From positions 1 to 64,000 of the forward strand of contig JAUCBJ010008277.1 in the NCBI GenBank assembly GCA_032718475.1: DNA of 64,000 nt, written 5' to 3'. The stretch's first letter is position 1. Each line of letters begins with the position of its first letter. Below, one piece after another: positions 38,701 to 48,320 of this stretch. The notes beneath the pieces are model-generated. The model had not been told where the DNA came from and ran no database searches. It saw nothing but the letters and a program-made list of their open reading frames with translations. This DNA comes from Nemertoderma westbladi. Taxonomy: Eukaryota > Animalia > Xenacoelomorpha. The translations under genes and the position numbers were made by a program.

Positions 38701-38844
38701 GAACTACGAAATTTCATAAGAATTCTGGACATGGAGGAGAAGCAACAAGTTCGACAGATTCGTGAGCGGTACATCACGCAGCGGTTGTATCTGGACACTG
38801 CGCTAGCAGACAAGTCGGCTCTCGGGACAATATCCGATGTGTAA
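14530..38844 (+). CDS. RASSF1: Ras association domain family protein, RASSF1/RASSF5-type (C1 + RA + SARAH), 8 coding exons, ~456 aa
   Basis: Exons 14530-14759, 16588-16712, 26124-26362, 28093-28275, 36371-36518, 36620-36789, 37590-37700, 38680-38844. All introns are GT-AG and phases 2,1,0,0,1,0,0 join into one frame (1371 nt). C1: HTFQ..SFCDHCGEFIWGL..CLRCKECNFTCHQRC..VTLEC. RA: FRGFILVHLNLTRPI..TSFFIP..ALLKKFHVEDHPRKFALFE..FVLQENETGEIQ. SARAH: WEAFTVPELRNFIRILDMEE. Confidence 0.9.
15503..16525. mobile_element. Tc1/pogo-like MITE in RASSF intron 1
   Basis: TA-CCGTAATTCGGGGTGAC...GTCACCCCGAATTACGG-TA, with internal ggggtgacttgataca repeats in both orientations. Confidence 0.85.
16588..16712 (+). 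CDS. RASSF exon 2, first half of C1 zinc finger
   Basis: tttacag| ... HTFQLTSLSPPSFCDHCGEFIWGLTSKCLRCK ... |gtaagt. Confidence 0.9.
16950..17184 (+). mobile_element. tRNA-derived SINE
   Basis: B-box GGTTCGATCCC, body shared with 1349-1570, tail aacttttacttt. A more divergent relative lies at ~33722-33860. Confidence 0.7.
17800..18540 (+). mobile_element. Degenerate non-LTR retrotransposon RT fragment
   Basis: ASGP..FNTC..PDNYRGINCL..KTLTKIINRRL..IDYRK..GILQGDS read across frameshifts. Confidence 0.7.
19290..20729 (-). CDS. Orphan Cys/Gly/Tyr/Pro-rich protein nested antisense in RASSF intron 2 (~479 aa)
   Basis: Long GC-elevated ORF in AT-rich surroundings. C-x-x-G-C repeats, His/Cys block, basic KEKKRKRKERKK cluster, (GGGGGGY)n. 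First ATG at 20729. Confidence 0.75.
   Translation of the reverse strand: MPQGDAVYVGLPPETPQPRLWTRFSDRIRPRACEPIGATQPVATAITQPITLPNEPPQAIPLAEYEPTVYRPTVRMTNVRPTPIVVEDDCRSRCTVTDLNPNVAMVTRETPTSSVVAKQDSQQPGVALVAKKNPLVARSKRYMVWGEPKMAHPWCNTGGCGNGRIEYIPPGCNPVIYRNGCVASACNPGVCMEGCMASGCNQGVCKTGCAGVCRNGCAGVDLMHSHLHPAGSTHPCHYDDSRHCNTSRYHHCDSTCPSCCPVAKEKKRKRKERKKPEKRDFATSYYDDGGPITGPPIFTTDKATHTPAPAPRVVRNQATAYDSAPPTALRDESTWYDERDAGVRPPCEHCGWDPECQWGCPGVGCGGGYGGGGGGYGGGGGGYGGGGGGYGGGGGRYGGGGGGYGGAGYGGGGGGGEWCARDARYRCPHPHPIRQPLLPPTKDKCTAYDPDYPPLVYRRNASTSYKRHERVRSSSDSDY
23628..24279 (+). CDS. Putative alternative first exon of RASSF, or first exon of a sense nested gene
   Basis: ~217-codon non-repetitive ORF from ATG 23628. 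Coding-like composition ends at ACC G|GTTTGT (phase 1), which matches the acceptor phase of exon 26124. Confidence 0.5.
24641..25700. repeat. Minisatellite, 44-bp unit (~24 copies) with a 45-bp variant
   Basis: Unit aggaacctagcatacacgaagtaggcgagctttatcaaacaata. Four units carry gaaaaggga instead of tacacgaa. Confidence 0.95.
26124..26362 (+). CDS. RASSF exon 3, second half of C1 plus linker
   Basis: ttttctag| (E)CNFTCHQRCRPKVTLECSP... N|gtgagt. An alternative donor at 26238 is possible but would be out of phase with exon 4. Confidence 0.85.
27280..27705 (+). mobile_element. Helentron/HINE-like non-autonomous element (short copy)
   Basis: 5' gtggggcgagccacgaagtt..gcggagcctt and 3' acgtgctgcgcgaaagcccca match the reverse complement of the ends of 33935-35553. 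Confidence 0.6.
28093..28275 (+). CDS. RASSF exon 4
   Basis: tttttag|GKTMRP...KLRQRIDKFNSVSTGAVLTM|gtgagt. Resembles RASSF1 EIEQKIKEYNAQINSNLFM, which precedes the RA domain. Confidence 0.85.
28243..28945 (+). repeat. 46-bp tandem array (15 copies) made of the RASSF exon-4 3' end plus 5' splice site
   Basis: Unit aacagtgttaggaccggggcagttctaaccatg|gtgagtcaaatat. The first unit overlaps the coding exon. Confidence 0.95.
29003..30400. repeat. Minisatellite, 36-bp unit (~38 copies)
   Basis: Unit aagggactgtgggagtgcacaataactgtttggtgc. Confidence 0.95.
31127..33047 (-). CDS. Two-exon orphan gene nested antisense in RASSF intron 4 (~520 aa; helical N-terminus, beta-rich, possibly propeller C-terminus)
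   Basis: Exon 1 33047-32745 ends CAC|GTAAGT (phase 0). Exon 2 starts at 32386 after ttgattatag and runs in frame into the 404-aa ORF to stop 31127. Strand-turn motifs such as LNVFDVDT, VVVYGTET, VYLFN, VDVYSIDD, LKILDRITG. Confidence 0.8.
33935..35553 (-). mobile_element. Helentron/HINE-like element with internal 315-bp tandem repeats and (ACG)n microsatellite
   Basis: Ends shared in inverted orientation with 27280-27705. 'ttcaacttgg' recurs at 34431, 34746, 35061 and 35376 (period 315). acgacgacg tract at 35428-35479. Confidence 0.7.
36371..36789 (+). CDS. RASSF exons 5 (36371-36518) and 6 (36620-36789), RA domain
   Basis: EDDSDVFRGFILVHLNLTRPI...; GKTSFFIPRGTTKAVHSLS...KFALFEE. Canonical splice sites around a 101-nt intron. 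Confidence 0.9.
37590..37700 (+). CDS. RASSF exon 7, end of RA domain
   Basis: LRRMKDSERPLYLCLVWGPEDTKHRFVLQENETGEIQ|gtaaat. Confidence 0.9.
37748..38212. mobile_element. hAT-type MITE in last RASSF intron
   Basis: TAGGGTTGCAA...TTGCAACACTA, subterminal atcccg repeats, imperfect TSD (gtgtagt on both sides). Confidence 0.75.
38680..38844 (+). CDS. RASSF exon 8, SARAH domain and stop
   Basis: ccgcag|WEAFTVPELRNFIRILDMEEKQQVRQIRERY...ISDV*. Confidence 0.92.
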   Translation, partial: WEAFTVPELRNFIRILDMEEKQQVRQIRERYITQRLYLDTALADKSALGTISDV

Positions 38845-41800
38845 AGCACATTACCGTGGGTGGAATTAACTTGATATCGTTTATCAACCGTCGTTTTTTT
38901 GGGTTAAACTTTTTTCGGAATGCCGTCACACAGACTGCAGTATTCGTTTCTGTTGAGGATCTACCAGTAATAATGTAGCGCTATCTTCCCATTTCTAACA
39001 TGTCTACCCCACAATTAAGATATTGAGTTGGCGAGATTTTGAACCTTAACCGAATGTTTTAATTAATTGAGTTTTTTTTAATTTATTCTGGGTTATCACG
39101 TTTAAGGTTTAGTGTGCAGGCGTATGAAACAGTGGCGAGCCAAATTTGTGCGTTACGTTTTTGTATATAAATAATATTATAACGTTGAAAATGGAATTTA
39201 GAATGTACTGCGGGGGAAGATGCATACCGTAATTAAATTGGATATTGTCTAACATTACGGTGGAATTAATCTGTTTCATTCTAAATTCCAGTTTAAACTT
39301 GATATATTTAATTTCTCGTTGGATGATGTTGTAAATTAATATAATAACTTTCTTTTATTTTTTATGATAGACATTTATTGAACCAATTGAGTATGAATCT
39401 AGCTTTAATTTATTAATAGTATAATTTGTGTCTATTGTCTATGCAGTTATGGGTTATACATCGCTTTGCTCGTTGCATTGGAGTGGTACCTAATGGCATG
39501 CTGGTTGGTGATTGTCTGTTTGTTGTTCGTCTTAGATTTGTCTATGGTGTGGCCTTCGTCGTCTGACTGTTTGTTACTCTTTGATAAATTAATTATTCGT
39601 GTAGGAGACTTGTATTTGTGATTTCCGTATTCTTTTTATATTTGAATAAAATTGGCACGGAATACAATTTAGCAGGATTAGTGACACAAAAATTATAATT
39701 TATAATATTTTTTCTCATAGAAAAATACTATCATTTTTTTCCCTGCTGAGATTTATATTTTGCTGAGCGTCATCGAGCGATGGGTTATCATTAAGGAAAT
39801 AAAGCATTTTGTTTTGTTTTACGTAACTTTATTCCACAAAATTGCATTTTCACCAAGCCGTGGTGTAGTCTTATAGGATCCCAGCGTCGTGTCGTGTGAA
39901 TTCATTCAAACTTCGTTTCCATGTACAGTGGTACCGGCAGACGTCCCCGCTGTAAAAGTGGTCTCTTATACTCTCCAGTTCATGTTTGTAGAATAAAGTC
40001 CTATCTTTATTACTGAAATGCCGGATCGGTTAAAAAAGCAATTTTGTGGAATCAATAAATGTAAAAAATACTAAGTTACTTTGAATTCTTACTCAGTCAA
40101 TCTGGGTAATTACGGTGAAGTGAGTTGGAGTTATTTTCGCCGCTAGTCTTTCATGTCCCACAGCAAAACGCTGTATTTGGTATGTCAATAATATTTAGTC
40201 GAGTTTCGAGTCTAAGTATATTTTACAAAATTAATGTTTTTAATCTATCTTTATTCTACTTTTTGGTTTGTTTTAACATTTAATTGAAGATAAATAATTA
40301 TTGCTAATATAATTCGGCACGTTAATAATTAGACAGCAGTGGGTAGATAGGCATAAAAGTGTATCTGAAACTTTTTTACGTTTACTAAAATTTTGAAATT
40401 GTCCGTGAATGTTATATTTAAAAAAAAAAGAATTAGCTATTTTTTACGGATTAATCCATTCTTTGATACGTTTACCTAATTGACACGAAGCTAAGGAAAC
40501 CAACTTATTTTATCAAGGAAGGAACACCTAACAAAGTTGGGACTTTCGGTTGTAATATTTGGTACCAAACAGGGTATCCATCGTCTAATCCATCGTCTAA
40601 TCCCATCCATCGCAAATTTCGTGTCTTCTTGGCATATTCAAAATGAACTAAACTGAAATGTTGCATATTTTCATTGTTAAACCCAAACGCGTTTTTATTT
40701 AACAAGCGAAATTTTAAGACCACAATTTTTAAACCAAAACCGTTGTAGACCAAAATTTATAAAAATCTTTGCCTACTCAACTCATTCATGTTATATCCAC
40801 AACATAGACTCACATTAACCCGAAATACCTTGCTATGCAGATGTTCATGCTGTTGAAAACATAAATTTATTTAGACTTGGAAATAATGCCAGCCAGAATA
40901 CCAGCTAATTAATCTGGCATTCTACATAGTTTTGTGGTCCTTTAGCAATAACTAACACCCCCCCCCCCCCCCCCCCCACGCATCTCTTTTATTACATTGC
41001 TATAATTTCACTACAATACTTCAATTCCAATGTTCTATGAATACTCCCGTTCTAATAAATAAAACTTAGCTTAACTAAAAGTTAATTGGTTTCATTTACC
41101 TTAAATTGGCTGTGTTGTTTACTTGTCTTAATGCAATGCCTTTTTATAGTATTTTAATTAAATTTATGTAATGATTTTCATTTATTGTGCACTCCATGTG
41201 CAGCAGATCTATAACATACGGCCTAGGAAATAAAATATTTAAAATTTAAACAACATTAATGTTCGAATTAGTTCCTTGTTCTTGTTAATGCGATTTACTA
41301 ATTGGTTTATATAGTATATGGTGCAATAAATAATGTTGCCAATTGTCTCTTTAATTAGTGCCAATATGCATAAATGAATATAAATTAATAATCTAGTGTC
41401 CATCATTTAATATTAATTTTATTAACCATTACTATATTAATATTTTCCATATAGCCTTCTTCCTTCTTTGCTGTTTGTACTTTTTCTACTAAGTCAAAAA
41501 CGGTTCGAATTATATTCTTATGGGGTATACGAAACCATTTAATAATTATTATTTATTACATTGGAAAATATTCTATAGAGGCATTTTATTTACCGAGAGC
41601 AAACAAGGTTAAATGGTCGAGAGGGGTTTACTTGTCGGAACAGCCAGTAGTGCCGCCAGTCGGTGGGGTTGATAGGTTTTTAGCAGCCCATCAGACTAAC
41701 AATGTATTTAATATTTATGTACTAATAAACAAATAATACATAATAATATTATTATTAGAATGTAATCAAGATTTCGCCTCACCGCCTTGTCTCCAGATTC

Positions 41801-42646
41801 CGAATCTGAAAACCGTTTTAAATTTAACCAATAACTTCCCGAGATAATATCTAAATTTAAAAGCAAACTTTTGAGACGATTTTACTAAATTCTAGTTTTT
41901 CTAATATTAAGTGTGGGCTGGGCGATGGTTATATACTAAACCAATAACATTAAGTTACATATAAATAACTATCAGCATATATTTACTAACTGAACAAATA
42001 TTTAATAATTATCTAAAAGCGAATTATTATAATTATAATTTATTGTACCAATACAAAATATCAGGTAATTATAAATACTAATGAAATATATAAAAACATA
42101 CGTTGGATAATAACATAATAAAAAAACAGATAAAAATGATATAAAAATTGAAATTGGCAACTGGTACTAACTAAGTAATGGGAAATATTACGAATGATTT
42201 AACATTATTTTATATTGATTACCAAAACTACCATACCAACAAAAAACAGAATAATTGACATAGTACAGCACACGAGCGCAGTCTGTCACTGAATATTATA
42301 TACAATGAGTTTAATTTAATTAAATTAATTAAAAATGGAACAAATCATCTTGTAACAAAATTATATTCTGCCAAAATATTACATTGTCTCAATATTCTAT
42401 CACATAACATATTTCAATATTCCGCCGATAAATGTGCGATTGCGAGGACTATTCTGCCACAATATAATATTGTCATTATTCATGTCCCCGCATCTGTTGA
42501 ATGGAAGCCAACATAGAGTTTAATAGAACCATATATTGCAGATTTTAGCACTGTGACTACATCAGCGAGAAACATTGGACGATATATATTCAAGTTATTC
42601 TTTGGTACCGGGAATCATTACGAAATTATATTCGAACATGTTTCAT

Positions 42647-44218
42647 TCAAACATTATTGTCATCACCATCACCATCCTCTTCATCAGGAGGGGGTTGAGA
42701 GCCGCAACAATTCTGAATATTGTTCGACGGATGTAAATAAGTATAATACAAGACCATGAAGCCAACTCCCAATGCGCAGCCCAAAACTACGTATATTGGT
42801 ACAGCGATCTTATACCACATGAACTCCCTTTTAGAAAGAAACCACATAAAAACCAAAATTAGATTCTCAATAAATACTATCAAATAAAAAGATAGTATTT
42901 TATGCCGAGATGGGCCTTCTTTAACGTTAAACCAGCAAAATATCTGCACTATACCAATCGCCGCGTCGAACAAGTATTCTAAACAACGTGTAGACCTACT
43001 GTCTTTCTTTAGAATAGAGGAACAGAACTCGGTGTTTTCTGTGATAAGCCAATAAGTCATAAAAGCCCAATGAACAACAGCAAAAACGAAAATCCAACCA
43101 AAAAAAACTGAAGCGAAAAGTGCGAGCACTAGAACTCTGGAGCTTATTGTAAGCCCTCGCCAAAATAGCTGCACCAAAAATCCGAGTTGACTTAAATTGG
43201 CTTTATCGTCTCGAGCCTGTCTCAACGCCGAGTGATAACTCGCTAGCGAGAAAGAAAGCGAGCCCAAAGAGGAGAGAACTGCGGCGATAGTGAGGTTGTC
43301 TGTTTCGTTGGATTCCGCCATGATGTAGATCTGCAGGACGCATTGCGGGGCGGCCTCTAGGAAAGCTTCAAACATTCGCAACATTGCAACGTCTTCCATA
43401 TAGAGGAACGCGTTGTATTTACTGGTTCCTCCATCCTTCTCGCGCCAGGTGCGAACCCCGTAGTACATGGTCTTCGCGTAACTCCAAACGGTGCCCAACT
43501 GGAATACATGAATTAAAATGATGAAAAGCCACCACAGCGCGCTAGATGGTTGACACGGGCTGTCCTGCACCCCTAGCTCGTTTTCTCTTCGATTTTTCGC
43601 ATGCCTAGCGATTAAACCAGCATCTACGAAGTCCACTCTACCATCGCAATCCCCAACTGAAGACAATCTCTCTGTTTCTCTCTTGTCCTGCCAAATCCAG
43701 TAAAAACTCAACGCTTGCATCACCAAGGAAGGAACAATAACGAACCCGATGGTGTTGGTAAACCACCAACGTTTTCCGTCCCGTAAGTAGGAACACGCTA
43801 AATATATATCTAAACCCACGTCCACGATATAGACACACATGGAAAATAAGTTGAACAAGAAATCCATAGTGCTGTATGAGCCCTTGGTTAAGAATTTAAT
43901 GAGGTTCGGTATAAATTGATAGGAAACAGATGAACCATCGTCGAATGCGTCCTGAACTGCTATAGGAGGCCCAGTGGAATTATATTGCGAATAAGTTTCG
44001 GTACGTGGGGCATTCGGTAAGATTTGTCGACTACAGCCGTCGACTTCAGTGGGATCTACCAACGCTGTTTGGTTTAGCGACTGATCTCGTGATGTGATAT
44101 CGGTACCTGACACTGTAGAACGACCAGGTTCAGTTTCGTTCCGTAAATATTTATATTTCAAAAAACGTTTACGATCCGAACGCAGTGGTAAGGTCTTTGT
44201 TTGGTTTGTTGCAGACAT
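42647..44218 (-). CDS. XKR6: XK-related protein (XKR4/6-like phospholipid scramblase), intronless, ~523 aa
   Basis: DVGLDIYLA..Y, DVAMLRMFEAFLEAAPQCVLQIY, WRGLTISSRVLVLALFAS, IFCWFNVKEGPSR, FIEN, YYTYLHP. First ATG is at 44218. The paralog assignment is uncertain. Confidence 0.9.
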   Translation of the reverse strand: MSATNQTKTLPLRSDRKRFLKYKYLRNETEPGRSTVSGTDITSRDQSLNQTALVDPTEVDGCSRQILPNAPRTETYSQYNSTGPPIAVQDAFDDGSSVSYQFIPNLIKFLTKGSYSTMDFLFNLFSMCVYIVDVGLDIYLACSYLRDGKRWWFTNTIGFVIVPSLVMQALSFYWIWQDKRETERLSSVGDCDGRVDFVDAGLIARHAKNRRENELGVQDSPCQPSSALWWLFIILIHVFQLGTVWSYAKTMYYGVRTWREKDGGTSKYNAFLYMEDVAMLRMFEAFLEAAPQCVLQIYIMAESNETDNLTIAAVLSSLGSLSFSLASYHSALRQARDDKANLSQLGFLVQLFWRGLTISSRVLVLALFASVFFGWIFVFAVVHWAFMTYWLITENTEFCSSILKKDSRSTRCLEYLFDAAIGIVQIFCWFNVKEGPSRHKILSFYLIVFIENLILVFMWFLSKREFMWYKIAVPIYVVLGCALGVGFMVLYYTYLHPSNNIQNCCGSQPPPDEEDGDGDDNNV

Positions 44219-44395
44219 GTTATTATTATTCACTCAGTGAGCCATTTGTGAATTATAATTATTTTAAAAATAAATTAGCCTAGCAGTTCAGTCTTCTTCA
44301 GCAGGTTGTGTACCGGTTATACAATAGGCCTAACCCATTTGCGTCAGGGGCAAGGTCAGAAGGTGTAAATGAATCCCCGTTTAGAATGACTCTCC

Positions 44396-47300
44396 GGTAG
44401 GTGCTAAAATGCACACACAAAAGCAACAATGAGCAACAACGAGCAACAATGAGCAATACTAAAGTACAACAATGAGGAACAATGACCAACAATGAGCAAC
44501 AATGACCAACAACGAGCAACAATGAGAAACAACGAGCAACAATGAGCAATAATGAGCAACAACGAGCAATAATGAGCAACAACGAGCAACAATGAGCAAT
44601 AATAAAGTACAACAATGAGCAGCAATGACCAACAATGAGCAACAATGACCAACAATGACCAACAATGAGCAACAATGACCAACAACGAACGAGCAACAAT
44701 GAGCAACAACGATCAACAACGAGCAACAATGAGCAATAACGAGCAACAATGAGCAACAACCAACAACGAGCAACAATGAGCAATAACGAGCAACAATGAG
44801 CAATAATAAAGTACAACAATGAGCAACAATGACCAACAATGACCAACAACAAGCAACAATGAGCAACAACGAGCAACAATGAGCAACAATGAGCAACAAC
44901 GAGCAACAATGAGCAACAACGAGCAACAATGAGCAATAATAAAGTACAACAATGATCAATAATAAAGTACAACAATGAGCAACAATGACCAACAATGAGC
45001 AACAATGACCAACAACGAGCAACAATGAACAACAATGACCAACAATGAGCAACAATGACCAACAACGAGCAACAATGAACAACAATGACCAACAATGAGC
45101 AACAATGACCAACAACGAGCAACAATGAGCAACAACGAGCAACAATGAGCAATAATAAAGTACAACAACGAGCAACAATGACCAACAATGAGCAACAACG
45201 AGCAACAATGAGCAACAACGAGCAACAATGAGCAACAACGAGCAACAATGAGCAATAATAAAGTACAACAATGAGAAACAACGACCAACAATGAGGAACA
45301 ATGAGCAACAACGAGCAACAATGAGCAACAATGAGCAACAACGAGCAACAATGAGCATTAATAAAGTACAACAATGAGCAACAATGAGCAACAATTTAGA
45401 AATAGTAAGTTACAATAATGTATTTTATATTAATTATATTAATTATTTGTAATTACAATATTAATTAATATATAATATATATATTAATAGCATTCGTAGA
45501 CTACAGTATGTACATCATTTTAGATAGGCCTAATCGGGCCTATCAAAAGTATCATTTTAGATGTTTTAGACAATGTGTGTAGTTGACTACTTGACTTCCA
45601 GGTTCTTCCAGGTCATACCAACAGACCAGTACGATTCAAAGGAGGAAATGGACTCCATGTGGATCCAGGGGAAGTCATTTTGACGTTGGTACTGTAAGTC
45701 TGTCATTTGAGGCGTAGGGCCTAATTCTAACATTGGCACAGTTACGATTCGGGTACCTACTGTACAAATGTAATAGGTACAGAATACTACTGCCAGACTG
45801 TACTAAATTTTGTACTAAAAACTAACTGGGCAAAGTCTACTGAACAGACCTTTTGCTAATTGACAGAACCCGTTGACCGGACCCATAGCCATTTAAAGGC
45901 AGAAAGAAGCAGGCAGCAGATTAGTAAAGGACCGGATTACAGAGGCGTGTTCAGGTGTTGGCGTTGGTGAGAACCAAAACAATAAACGAAAGTTAAGACA
46001 TGTTACAAGATTATGGGTCAGGTCACAAAAAGCTCAGGTAATAAGGGTCCGGTCAATAATACACAAGTAAAATATAAATCAAATAAAAATCTTCAACATA
46101 TAAATAAAAATTTAATATACCCTACCTAAAGTAAATAACAAATCAAATACAAAATAGGCTTGGCCTACCCCATCCCACAAGCAATACAGTAGTCTGTAAT
46201 ATAGAACGCTAGGCAGACTTCAGGACTGCCAGGCAATCAGGTCACTGTCCATGTCCAACTGTATAAAATACAAAATAATAATACGAAAACCAGTTCACAC
46301 TTCACAGTACCGTACATCAGAAAGTCAGAACCAGATAATAGTAGGGCTCGATCGGAGTTGGGATTTGGCCGGAGCCGGAGCAGGAGCCGGAGTTGGACAA
46401 TTTTGCCGGAGTCGGAGCAGGAGCCGGAGTTTTTCAAAAATTTTAAAAATTTAATTATTTATTAAAAAATAAATAAAGTATATATGGTTATCGTTCGCCA
46501 ATCGCTCATAACTGCATAATCAATCATACTGTAGGTCTAATTTATTTCATAATTTATAGATTTACAAATTTTCAATTTAAAATTTAAGTAATTAATTTAT
46601 CACAGACAGACGGCCTGACGCTGACGGCTAAAAATTACCTACAGTACCTAACTCACTAACTGTCTAATTGTGGTAGAGGTGTGTACTGTAGCTGTAGGTA
46701 GCCTACCGTACGTGTACCAGTACTGCAGTACCGGTACAGTCAGCTAGTCTGCTAGTCAGCCAGCTGGCCAGTCACCAGTACCAGTACTGCAGTACCAGAG
46801 TACAGTCAACAGTCAGTCAGTCATTGACTTTAATTAAATACTGCAGTATTATGCTTGATATTGAAGCTGTACTACTTATAGTGTAAATAATTGTTCAGAT
46901 TAGAATATGCACGAAATCTAATACCGGTACTTTATTAAAAAATTAACTCCGGCAATATTTTTACCGGAGCCGGAGCAGGAGCCGGATGTGCCAAAATGGC
47001 CGGAGCCGGAGCCGGAGGCCGGAGCTCCGATCGAGCCCTAGATAATAGGTTGAGGTAAGTTTCACCGACACTACCCAAACAGAACAAGACTGATAGACTG
47101 AAATCAGGTAAACTGATAAATATTTGTAGGCCTACCGGTCCCGGTATAGCAGTATTGTGCACCATCTTGATGACATTGTGGGTATGGAAGCATTTTTTAT
47201 TAAGTTCTTGGTTGGGAATTTATTTATCATATCCTACTTATATATTCGGGATTACTGGGATACATTATAGTGCATAAATATAATGAATGTATCTGTGTAA

Positions 47301-47701
47301 TCTGTTTAGTGGTGTACTCTAGTTACTTTATTATAGTTACTGTTATTGTAGTTACTGCTACTTATTGTAGTTATTTTTTATCACTTTATTATTTTTGCTC
47401 ATTGTTGCTCATCATTTTTTCTCGTTGTTGTACTTTTATTATTGCTCGTTGTTGCTCATTGTTGCTCGTTGTTGCTCGTTGTACTCGTTGTTGCTCGTTG
47501 TTGCTCATTGTTCCTCGTTGTTGCTCATTGTTGCTCGTTGTTGTACTTTATTATTGCTCGTTGTTGCTCATTGCTGCTCGTTGTTGCTCGTTGTTGCTCA
47601 TTGTTGCTCGTTGTTGCTCATTGTTGCTCGTTGTTGCTCATTGTTGCTCGTTGTTGCTCGTTGTTGGTCATTGTTGCTCGTTGTGCAATTTAGCACCTAC
47701 C
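44396..47701. mobile_element. Mutator-like/foldback non-autonomous element with 10-bp repeat arms
   Basis: TIRs GGTAGGTGCTAAAATGCAC / GTGCAATTTAGCACCTACC; exact 9-bp TSD TGACTCTCC (44387-44395, 47702-47710). (AACAATGAGC/AACAACGAGC)n on the left arm, inverted on the right arm. Confidence 0.9.
46342..47040. mobile_element. hAT MITE nested in the foldback element
   Basis: TAGGGCTCGATCGGAG...CTCCGATCGAGCCCTA; 8-bp TSD GATAATAG; gccgga subterminal repeats. The empty site is visible at ~59974. Confidence 0.92.
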
Positions 47702-48320
47702 TGACTCTCCAGTGATCTGGGGAGTCATTACAATCCGCCGGTTGAAATGAATATCCATTCGCTTTCTTTAGGGATATCTCTCAATTTGATGTCGCCATGA
47801 TTACCTTAGAAAACACAAGCAACTATAAAGTTGTGACTGTCTACTATCGAGATAATTTGAACTCTATACATACTGTAAATCAAACTATTTTATTTTTTAT
47901 TCACATACATATATACTCTATCTCTACCTACAGTATACATACTATAAACGCTGGGATGACAACGTAAAACGAACCTGCACCTCTCCCTCCAACAGTACCG
48001 ACCTCCCACGGAAGTAGAAGCGCCGCATTGCTCAACGTCCAAGACTGCGCCGTTTATTAATTTAAGTTTCTTAAAATTATGCTATAAATTATACAAATTA
48101 CAGTATTTAAAAAACGACAAGCCGTCTTCAGGGCGTGACAAGACTTACTCAGCAGACAAGGGAGTCTTTTTTCATGGGGATTGGGGATTCAATAGAAACT
48201 AGCACAACGGCACGGGTGTGGTGCTTATAAATTTTTTCCAATACAGCAATAAGTTTAGGATATCTTTTCTCTACAGTATGCATATCTGCTGAAATAAAAC
48301 CATGGGGCATTCAGCATTCA

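Noticed and set aside
44298-45394. Long Leu/Val/Cys-rich ORFs (also at 47270-47715, 58167-59638 and 60614-60838)
   Set aside because: Translations of the 10-bp repeat arms of the foldback element.
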